Below are positions 8,572-16,417 of a DNA stretch of 64,000 nucleotides, piece by piece; the first letter of the stretch is position 1; each line of letters starts with the position of its first letter. The notes beneath the pieces were generated by a model. It was not told where the DNA came from. It searched no databases and worked only from the letters and a program-made list of their open reading frames with translations. Made by a program: the position numbers and the translations under genes. Location of the stretch: assembly GCA_041744215.1 (NCBI GenBank), contig JBGTLG010000032.1:32001-96000 (forward strand). The letters are read 5' to 3'. Source of the stretch: Fimbriimonadales bacterium (GTDB lineage Bacteria > Armatimonadota > Fimbriimonadia > Fimbriimonadales > ATM1).

Positions 8572-10463
8572 GCTAGCGATGATCTGCCCCTACAGAACCT
8601 GCTCATTGCAACCCACACAAGAAGGCCAACTATACCGCCCACGACGACGCCGGTTAGAACCCGGACAACGCTCACTTCGATAGGCGTGTGGAGATGACAA
8701 AACGTGTTGACAATACTCGCCTGCCCAATTGCCGCGACCAAGCACGCGAGCGGCAGGTATCGACGTTCTCCGGTCGCCGCCATCCCCAACGCAATCACCA
8801 GCGCCGGATGACCCACGAGTGCCTCCTTGGTTCGGGGCCGTTCAGGGAAGAACCGTTCCAGGAGGTCCCGGAACTGCAATTCTAAACCACTCACCGCGCC
8901 AGGCGCCTCGTTGCCTGTGCGCAAAACCGTAAAGCCCAGCGCTGCTGCGATGGCCGTGAAGATGCCGACGTCCAACCACGTGACGTGACCACCGGCCGCA
9001 GCCCGAAAGCCCGAAGCTTCCAGAAGCAGATACCCTCCGATAAGCAACGGTGGCAAAAAGTGCGCGGCCTTGACGCCGATAAACTGGTCGACCTGAACCA
9101 TGTACTGCAGCGACGTTAGCATCGCTGCAACGTGGAGACCGCCGATGATGCTCAATCCACACACGGCGAAAAACGCTAACGTCCATTTAACGTGACTGCC
9201 TTTCGAGCCTCTCGATGAAAACAGCGGGACCATTGCAAAAAATGGAAACACCAATGCGGCAGCGAGAGCAGACAGCTTTAGAGATGGCTCCAACATTCGT
9301 CCCGTCGCGAATCCGATTACGATCATCCCCGCAAGCACGGCAAGTGCAGCGAGGCCAGTGTTGCGCAAAACGCGATCTGTCGCGATGCGCGACCACATCC
9401 AAAATCCTAGCAACAATGCGCCAAACGCTGGAATAACGCGGAGCAGCAGAGGGACATCTGGCGCTGAGATGGGTTTAGGAACTCGCGCATTCGATCCTTC
9501 GGCCAGCAGCTTGCTTCTCAGTTTCGAGATGAACTCAGTGAATGACGCCAGAGGATTTTCATCTGAAGGCCGTGGCGGACGTACTAACAGGACCCGAATG
9601 TTTCTCTCGCGAGCAGCTCGAACATACCGATCGAGGATTGCGCTCACGGAGTTTTGCGGCATCTCTGCCGCCTGCACGCTGTGGACTCTCAGGTGAGAGT
9701 CGATGAGCTTCGACTTCAATTGTCGGTCTCCGGCTTGCTTGCCAAACTCTACTGATCCGTACCAGACGTTCTTCTCGGTCAGCGATTCCGAGGCCGCCTC
9801 TATCTGTTCTTCCCAACCCAAAACCTGGTCGCCCGTAAAGATCACTCCTTTCGCGTCGACAGCGGCAAGTTCTTCCACAACCCAGCGAATCGACGTCTCG
9901 CTCGCGGCGGGTGGATTCGTAACCCTGCCAATCAGAACGAGATTCGCAGACTTGATGGAATCGCACAAAGCTCGGTTGAAACCAACGCCGACATTCTTAA
10001 GCTCGAACACCGGCGCAGGAAATACAAACTCGGCCCGTTGCGGCTCATCGGCCCTCAACGTCATACCTGTCGCCTCTCCCGATTCTTGATCCCCTCTCGG
10101 AAAACGCATCAGCAACGCGGCTCGAACGCGCTCGAACACCTCCGGATCTGAGAAGTAGTATTGCCGGTCGCCTGGCCGTTCCGGCATCGCAACCATCTGG
10201 CCGTTGACAAGCAGCTGATCGATCGTCTCTTCGCCAACAATCACCGCCGTCATCCCAGCCCTTTGCAGAGAGCTAAAGGCTTGCTCAGTTTCGAGCCCGG
10301 ATGCTGCCGCGATCAACCGGATGTCTTCAATGGGAACCGCAACGTGTACCGCACGTGCAGAGGCCTCGACGCGATGCCGCGATAACGCAACCCATCCGCT
10401 CGCCAAGGTACTCGCGAGCAACACGGCCCATAGCCACAGTGGCGGAGTCAACCTTGCGCTCAT
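8568..10463 (-). CDS. DUF5693 family membrane protein (CsaB-associated)
   Basis: RAARERNIR, GVKAAHFLPP, RTGN, RPRTKEALVGHP, VNTFCHLHTP; multi-TM C-terminal half; adjacent to csaB. Confidence 0.85.
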   Translation of the reverse strand: MSARLTPPLWLWAVLLASTLASGWVALSRHRVEASARAVHVAVPIEDIRLIAAASGLETEQAFSSLQRAGMTAVIVGEETIDQLLVNGQMVAMPERPGDRQYYFSDPEVFERVRAALLMRFPRGDQESGEATGMTLRADEPQRAEFVFPAPVFELKNVGVGFNRALCDSIKSANLVLIGRVTNPPAASETSIRWVVEELAAVDAKGVIFTGDQVLGWEEQIEAASESLTEKNVWYGSVEFGKQAGDRQLKSKLIDSHLRVHSVQAAEMPQNSVSAILDRYVRAARERNIRVLLVRPPRPSDENPLASFTEFISKLRSKLLAEGSNARVPKPISAPDVPLLLRVIPAFGALLLGFWMWSRIATDRVLRNTGLAALAVLAGMIVIGFATGRMLEPSLKLSALAAALVFPFFAMVPLFSSRGSKGSHVKWTLAFFAVCGLSIIGGLHVAAMLTSLQYMVQVDQFIGVKAAHFLPPLLIGGYLLLEASGFRAAAGGHVTWLDVGIFTAIAAALGFTVLRTGNEAPGAVSGLELQFRDLLERFFPERPRTKEALVGHPALVIALGMAATGERRYLPLACLVAAIGQASIVNTFCHLHTPIEVSVVRVLTGVVVGGIVGLLVWVAMSRFCRGRSSLA

Positions 10464-11134
10464 GTAGGCAGCGGCTCCTTCTCTTCATCGTCCTTTTTCG
10501 CTCGACGGTCCCCGAGCAAGAGCACAAGCAGCATGCCCGCAAGGAAGCCCCCAGCGTGGGCCCAATTCGCGACGCCGGGCTGGATGAAAACAACCTGAAC
10601 AATGAACCAGAAGCCAAGCAAAAGCCAGGCCGGAACCGGGAACGTCAAGAAGAAGAGCGGGGGGACAAACACCTCGATATCGGACGCCGGATACAGCAAA
10701 AGGTAGCAACCCATGATCCCTGCGATTGCGCCGGAAGCTCCGAGCATCGGCACACCGCTCCCCGGAGTGACGAACGTCTGGGCCAGCGCGGCCGCTACTC
10801 CGAAGAAAAGGTAGAAGAGGGCATAGCGCGGCGCGGCGAAGTGCTCCTCCACCCGCGGACCGAAAACGTAAAGGAACAGCACGTTCGCGATCAGGTGCGC
10901 GAGGTTCGCGTGAAGGAAGGCGCTTGTGAACAAGGCCAGGAGCGGCTCTACGTCCCAACTCTTGAGAGCGGCGACCACTTCGACCGGCCGTACAGCCAAA
11001 TCGGTGAAAACAACGCGCTGCCCGAAAACCGCCCAATCACGATCCCACAAATAGATAACTGTGAGCAGGATGATTAGAGTGTAGGTGACCCACGGCACCT
11101 GCTTGCGTTCGGAGTGATCGCGGAGTGGGACCAT
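10460..11134 (-). CDS. Rhomboid family intramembrane serine protease
   Basis: FLHANLAHLIAN, GASGAIAG (catalytic Ser), AHAGGF (catalytic His); ATGTAG-type overlap with the next gene. Confidence 0.93.
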   Translation of the reverse strand: MVPLRDHSERKQVPWVTYTLIILLTVIYLWDRDWAVFGQRVVFTDLAVRPVEVVAALKSWDVEPLLALFTSAFLHANLAHLIANVLFLYVFGPRVEEHFAAPRYALFYLFFGVAAALAQTFVTPGSGVPMLGASGAIAGIMGCYLLLYPASDIEVFVPPLFFLTFPVPAWLLLGFWFIVQVVFIQPGVANWAHAGGFLAGMLLVLLLGDRRAKKDDEEKEPLPT

Positions 11135-11157
11135 GGACGCCGCGACAGGTTACCCGG

Positions 11158-11376
11158 CTATTCGAGAGGGTCAACTGCGGCGCAAGGTGAATGGAGCAAG
11201 ATGCCGGCAATGGTCGGGCTGCTCCCGTAGAGGCGCGCGATGCTGAGCGCGACCGAGCCTCGCTCACGAATGAACGGTCCGGGCCAGCCACAGCCGGCGC
11301 ACACAGTCCGGCTGGCGACGTCTAACCGCTCGCAACCGGGACAAACGAGTATGTGCCTCTCAGGATTGTGTTTCAT
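11158..11376 (-). CDS. Small CxxC-CxxC (zinc-ribbon-like) hypothetical protein
   Basis: CPGC...CAGC; fills the gap between same-strand genes; GAGGTG/AGGTG upstream. Confidence 0.4.
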   Translation of the reverse strand: MKHNPERHILVCPGCERLDVASRTVCAGCGWPGPFIRERGSVALSIARLYGSSPTIAGILLHSPCAAVDPLE

Positions 11377-11467
11377 GCACCCACACCTAACACCTCTTAA
11401 CTCTCGGCTACTCGAGGCGCGCGTTCAAGACCGTTCGCAGAAACCCGGCAAACGTTCCCGCGAAAAA

Positions 11468-12382
11468 CTACGGGCGCTCGGCGCGCAAAAATGACTCGAC
11501 AGCTTTGCCCACCTTGCCCAGAGACTCGGGACTGCACTTGTCTACCGTGTCTTGGCTTGTGTGCCAGTACTCGTAGTCAAAGTCGATCAGGTTCATGGTC
11601 GGGATCCCGGCTTGATTGAGGGGAATGTGGTCATCTTCGATCCACGGGCCTGCCACGTTTGGGAATGTCTCGCCAAGGCCGATCGCGTGTGCGTGCTTGT
11701 AAAAGCGGTCAACCAGGGTGCGAGCATAGTAAACCGAGTTCGGTTCGCGCGGGACTCGAAGATCCTTGTCGCCGATCATATCGAGAAGGATTCCGTACCA
11801 GTAGTCCTTTGGGTTCGCGAGCTTTGCGAAGTGTTTTGCACCGAGGAGCATCTCGGAGAGTTCGGGCCCGAGGTCTTCGCCGTCTGTAAACAGGAAAGTT
11901 ACGTTGACCGCCGGTGGATTCTCCTTGAAGACGCGCATCAACTCGAGCAGAACTGCGACGCCACTCGCGCCGTCGTTTGCGCCAATGATCGGCTGATCGC
12001 GCTTCGATGGATCGTCGTCGTACTCAGCAGATGGCCGGGTGTCCCAGTGCGCGAGCAACAGAACTGTCTTCGGCTTGCCAAAGTTCATCTCCGCGACGAC
12101 ATTCCACATCGTGAGTTCTTTGCCGGTTCGCGACCACTTGTGGGTGAACTCCTGGAGAGACACCTTGTCCGTGTACTTCTTCGCTTCCGCCGCGATGAAG
12201 TCCCGGCATTTTTTGTGCGCCTCGGAGCCAGGGGGCCGAGGGCCGAAATCGCATTGGGCCACGAGGTGAGCCCACGCCTTTGATTGGTCGAATAGGGTCT
12301 CTGGGTGCTGCGGCTCGACCGCGCTGTGGATTAGAGCACAAGCGGGCGTGGACGCTGCGCAGAGAGCGAGCGCAACGATCAG
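11468..12382 (-). CDS. M28 family zinc enzyme, glutaminyl-peptide cyclotransferase-like
   Basis: AHWDTRP, GANDGASG, DGED, LLDMIGD, DDHIPL, YWHTSQD. Start uncertain (CTG at 12382 overlapping the upstream TGA, or ATG at 12481). Confidence 0.85.
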   Translation of the reverse strand: MIVALALCAASTPACALIHSAVEPQHPETLFDQSKAWAHLVAQCDFGPRPPGSEAHKKCRDFIAAEAKKYTDKVSLQEFTHKWSRTGKELTMWNVVAEMNFGKPKTVLLLAHWDTRPSAEYDDDPSKRDQPIIGANDGASGVAVLLELMRVFKENPPAVNVTFLFTDGEDLGPELSEMLLGAKHFAKLANPKDYWYGILLDMIGDKDLRVPREPNSVYYARTLVDRFYKHAHAIGLGETFPNVAGPWIEDDHIPLNQAGIPTMNLIDFDYEYWHTSQDTVDKCSPESLGKVGKAVESFLRAERP

Positions 12383-12954
12383 CGCGCCGTGTAACGAGGA
12401 GATCGAACGGCGCCTGTTTTCCCTTTGAGCACCACTTCGAGTGTAGTCTCCGTGTTGCGTGTAATCTGAGACTTGTCCCATACCTTCCAGTATCCCACAG
12501 CTCCGCGCGCCAGACTGGCGGGCATCGCCACGGAATATGACTTCCCTGGGTTGACCGCCGTTCCGTCGATCTTCACCTCGACTACACGGGAGTTGGCGCT
12601 GGCGGAAGGATTGAATACGACCTCAACGCCAGAAACCTGGAGGAACGCATTGTTCGAGTCCGGGAAGGTGCTCACCGACCTTTCGATCGCCTCGATGACC
12701 TGCTTTCCAGTTAGGTCAACTACGACGACCTCCTCAGTGCCGTACTGGACAAACGCTGCGAGATCACCGCCGGGATCAGGAACCTTGAAAGTCGCCGCTG
12801 ACACGAATGCCGCCTCCGCTCCTGCCAATGACTTGATTTCGTCCGCCACGGCCTGGGCACGCGCATTTGGGCCTGCACCGACATCCGAGGACATCTGCGC
12901 AAAGCCTAGGCTCGCCAGCAAGGCGAACAGAAGTGTTAGGCGCGGCTTCACCAT
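12379..12954 (-). CDS. Secreted stand-alone 5'-nucleotidase C-terminal domain protein
   Basis: Signal peptide MVKPRLTLLFALLASLGFA; VVVDLTGKQVIEAIERSV, FLQVSG, SRVVEVKIDG, YSVA. Confidence 0.8.
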   Translation of the reverse strand: MVKPRLTLLFALLASLGFAQMSSDVGAGPNARAQAVADEIKSLAGAEAAFVSAATFKVPDPGGDLAAFVQYGTEEVVVVDLTGKQVIEAIERSVSTFPDSNNAFLQVSGVEVVFNPSASANSRVVEVKIDGTAVNPGKSYSVAMPASLARGAVGYWKVWDKSQITRNTETTLEVVLKGKTGAVRSPRYTAR

Positions 12955-13016
12955 ATGTTCAGTTAGACATGACTCCCACCCAATCGTTTCGGCGCTTCCT
13001 CCGAAAACTGGAGTGG

Positions 13017-14118
13017 TTAGCGAACGTCTCCTCCCCGAAGGTAGGCGTTGATAAAATCTCCGATGTTCCCTTCCAGGACAGCTTGGACGTTGCCAGTCTC
13101 CATTCCCGTTCGAGTATCTTTCACCAGGGTGTACGGCTGGAGCACGTAAGATCGAATCTGGCGACCCCACTCCGCTGACGGGGTTTCCCCTTTCAGCATC
13201 TTCAGGTGCTCCTCGGTCTTGTCACGCTCCAGTTCCACAAGTTTAGCAGCCAGGATCGACATGGCCGTCGCTCGATTCTTATGCTGGCTTCGCTCGGTCT
13301 GGCAGCCTACAACAATCCCGGTGGGGATATGGATGAATCGGACTGCGCTTTCCGTTTTGTTGACGTGCTGCCCGCCAGCCCCGCTTGCCCGGAAGGTCTC
13401 GACCCTGAGGTCCTCCGGCTTAATGTCAACTTCGCTTACCTTGACTTCGGGCAGCACCGTGACCGACGCAAACGAGGTGTGCCTGCGTCCGCTTGCATCG
13501 TACGGGCTGATACGCACCAGGCGATGGACGCCCTGCTCGCCCTTCAAGTACCCGTAAGCGAGTGATCCTGAGACCATGAACGAAATGCCGCGCAGCCCTG
13601 TGACGTCACCCGGAGACGACGTCAGGATTTCAACTTTGTAGCCGCTTTGCTCGGCGAACCGCGAGTACATGCGGAATAGCATCTCCGCCCAATCGCAAGC
13701 CTCGGTTCCTCCCGCGCCCGCCCCAATTTCGACGATGGCGTTGTTCTCGTCGTAGGGACCGCTCAGCAGCGTGGCGAGTTCAAGGGCATCCAGATCCTTG
13801 AGAAAACGGGCGGCCATCTCGCCGAGTTCCGTTTCAGCCCCAGGGTCCCGCTCGGCCTCGAGCAGATCGCGAAGCTCAATGACATCGTCGTAGGTTTGGA
13901 CCAATAGGCGATATGGCTCAAGACGAGAGCGAAGAGCCGCCATGCGGCGCATCACTTCTTGGGCTTTGTCGGGATCGTCCCAAAAATCTGGTTCTTGGGA
14001 CCGTTTATCGAGGTCTGCTATCTCGCGGTCTGCATTATCGAGGTCAAAGATGACCTCCGATAGCGTCCAGGCGACCGCGTGCCTCGGACAGCGCTTCGTG
14101 CAGATGTGCTTCGACCAT
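13017..14118 (-). CDS. prfB: Peptide chain release factor 2 (programmed +1 frameshift at codon 24/25)
   Basis: GGQ motif, SPY tripeptide, GAGGTEACDW. True ATG at 14118 gives MVEAHL...IGGHL, followed by CTT TGA C with internal SD GGAGGT. Confidence 0.97.
14043..14058 (-). promoter_or_regulatory. prfB autoregulatory +1 frameshift cassette
   Basis: GGAGGT CAT CTT TGA C on the minus strand. Confidence 0.95.
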
Positions 14119-14162
14119 GCGCTGAGAGGATACCCTTCTCCTCCCAAGTGCCCGGACGGGCC

Positions 14163-14618
14163 CTACCAGTAAGGGGGCACTGAGAATCCTGCCGCGTCTC
14201 CGTCCTTAGTGTTCAGAGGGTCGATCTCCTTTAGGTGCCACCCGTCTTCTGTGCGCTCGAACTCGAGATTGTATATGTTTCGATAAACCCCGCCCCAGTC
14301 GTCCTTGGCGTCAGTAACTGCAACGACTCGCGCCGTATCTCCGAACGGGTAGCGGACCTTGATGTAGGCGAAGTCTCCGACCAACAGTCCCTTCTCCGCT
14401 GCGTACTCAACGTCACTTTTGAACTCTTTTCCGTACCGAGCTGTGCAGAACTCTACCCAGGCATAAGGCAGAGCGGAGACAAACACCCAGATAAACACAA
14501 GCCGAAAAACTGCAGGTTTTTCAGCCGAGTTCCCAACCTTTGTGAACAACACCGAAACCCACGTCACTGCCGCAGCGATCGTGAAGCAGACAATAGCGTA
14601 AAGCATCAACCCCAGCAT
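14163..14618 (-). CDS. Hypothetical membrane protein (2 TM plus small soluble domain)
   Basis: 151-aa ORF with two hydrophobic segments; GAGAGGG upstream. Confidence 0.7.
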   Translation of the reverse strand: MLGLMLYAIVCFTIAAAVTWVSVLFTKVGNSAEKPAVFRLVFIWVFVSALPYAWVEFCTARYGKEFKSDVEYAAEKGLLVGDFAYIKVRYPFGDTARVVAVTDAKDDWGGVYRNIYNLEFERTEDGWHLKEIDPLNTKDGDAAGFSVPPYW

Positions 14619-14969
14619 TTTTCAGAGCCCTCTCTCGCCAGAGTCTTCCGCACCCGTGCCGAGGTCGCCCCGGTATTTTTGCGAGTTTCACTCGCCTTGC
14701 TCGGCTGAGTGCGCGAGTCAGCCCGTCAATCATGTGTCTTCGGTCGAAGGCCGCAAGGCAAAAAGGAGAGTCGCGGAGTTCTCCCCGCTTTTGAGAGGGC
14801 GCTTCGCGTGAACGTGGGGGACGGCGTATGCCGTCCCCTTCCTCGTTTGCGGGAACTTTTAGGAGGTTACGGTTCGGGGTTCTCCGGGTTGCAAGGTATC
14901 CTGTGAACATCCCGCCATCAAAAAATCATCGTGCGGGGTGGGCGTCTAGCCCGAATACAGGAGATACAC

Positions 14970-15572
14970 ATGAAGAGATTTTTAGTTTTTGGAGTGGCTG
15001 CATTAGCACTCTCATTAGTCGGCTGCAACTCTGGCACCGATGAGACTGGCGAAGGCTCTGGATCACCCTCGGGTAGCACAACGCCGGGACAAGCCACAAA
15101 TACAGTCGTCGGCGAGTACGGGGCGTTTTTCACCCCAGAAATGCGAGCAGAGCTCGATAAGAACCTTGAATCCGGACGAGCCAGCTTGGCCGACCTTGAG
15201 AAGGCCGCGGCGACAAGCCCACAGGCCAAAGAGCAATACGACATGCTGAAGGCGCAGTTGGACGGCGCCGAGAAGATGATGGAAGAGATGATGAGCAAGG
15301 TTACGCTCACCCTCAACGCAGACAAGTCCGCCAAGATGACTTCTCCAAATCAGCCGACCTCGCCAACCGAGCCATCGATAGGCGTCGATACTTACGAAGG
15401 CACATGGGAAGACGCAGGAGAGAACAAAGTCAAGGTAACCATGAAAACGAAGAATGGCAAGCCCGACCCCGACATTGACAAGGAACCGAGCGTCGAGATG
15501 ACGTTCGACCCCGCAGCGGGGACCCTGACTGGCACACGTCAAGGCCAGGAAATGTCATTCAAGAAGAAGTAG
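14970..15572 (+). CDS. Lipoprotein, lipocalin-like beta domain with helical insert
   Basis: SD AGGAGA, lipobox SLVGC; VVGEY...LTLNADKSAKM...YEGTWE. Confidence 0.8.
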   Translation: MKRFLVFGVAALALSLVGCNSGTDETGEGSGSPSGSTTPGQATNTVVGEYGAFFTPEMRAELDKNLESGRASLADLEKAAATSPQAKEQYDMLKAQLDGAEKMMEEMMSKVTLTLNADKSAKMTSPNQPTSPTEPSIGVDTYEGTWEDAGENKVKVTMKTKNGKPDPDIDKEPSVEMTFDPAAGTLTGTRQGQEMSFKKK

Positions 15573-15600
15573 AGTCACGCGACTCATCCATACTACATTG

Positions 15601-15635
15601 AAGTCGGCTGCCATGGCGGCCGACTTCTTTTGTTT
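15601..15635 (+). terminator. Rho-independent terminator
   Basis: AAGTCGGCTGCC-AT-GGCGGCCGACTT hairpin followed by CTTTTGTTT. Confidence 0.8.
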
Positions 15636-15653
15636 GCGGGTAAAAACTACCAG

Positions 15654-16349
15654 ATGAACAAAGTTGTTGCAACAGCCGCGGATGCGCTTAGGCAAGCAGG
15701 GCTGCGGGATGGTATGACCCTGATGTCGGGAGGGTTTGGGCTCTGTGGCATTCCCGAAGGACTTATTGCAGCAGTGCGTGAAGTCGGCGCAAAAAACCTA
15801 ACCGTGATTAGCAACAACGCTGGCGTTGATGACTTTGGATTGGGGGTCTTGCTGCAAACGAAGCAGATCAAGAAGATGATTTCGAGTTACGTTGGTGAGA
15901 ATGCGATCTTCGAACAGCAGTTCTTATCCGGCGAACTGGAGGTTGAGTTGGTACCGCAAGGAACGCTTGCCGAACGAATCCGCGCAGGCGGCGCGGGAAT
16001 CCCCGCATTCTTTACACCAACGGGGTACGGCACTCTTGTCGCAGAGGGGAAAGAAACACGCGAGATAGATGGACGGAACTACGTCCTCGAAAACGCGCTT
16101 TACGCAGATATCGCATTAGTGAAAGCGTGGAAGGCTGACAATATGGGCAACCTGATTTATCGGATGACCGCTCGCAACTTCAATCCGATGATGGCAACGG
16201 CCGGAAAGGTGACGATTGCAGAAGTTGAGGAGGTCGTTGAGGTCGGCAGTCTGGACCCTGACTGCATACACACTCCTGGTGTTTACGTCGACATGGTCGT
16301 TCAGGGGAAGTTTGAGAAACGCATTGAGCAACGGACCGTGCGGTCATAG
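15654..16349 (+). CDS. scoA: 3-oxoacid CoA-transferase subunit A (ScoA/AtoD family)
   Basis: GGFGLCGIPE, SNNAG, SSYVGEN, PQGTLAERIRAGGAGIPAFFTPTG, ARNFNP. Confidence 0.93.
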   Translation: MNKVVATAADALRQAGLRDGMTLMSGGFGLCGIPEGLIAAVREVGAKNLTVISNNAGVDDFGLGVLLQTKQIKKMISSYVGENAIFEQQFLSGELEVELVPQGTLAERIRAGGAGIPAFFTPTGYGTLVAEGKETREIDGRNYVLENALYADIALVKAWKADNMGNLIYRMTARNFNPMMATAGKVTIAEVEEVVEVGSLDPDCIHTPGVYVDMVVQGKFEKRIEQRTVRS

Positions 16350-16417
16350 CCGACTGAATCAGCGACTCGCCTTCGATCGCTAAGCAAAGTCCGCACATGA
16401 GCGCGTAGAATGCGCCC

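Noticed and set aside
10301-12283. 258-aa and 243-aa ORFs on the + strand
   Set aside because: Antisense to the rhomboid and M28 genes; typical of GC-rich DNA.
14675-14790. GCAA/GGCAAA and GAAA loop elements suggestive of a c-di-GMP-I riboswitch
   Set aside because: The GGCAAAC-stem-GAAA-stem-GACGCAAA arrangement is not present; kept only as a generic structured-RNA candidate.
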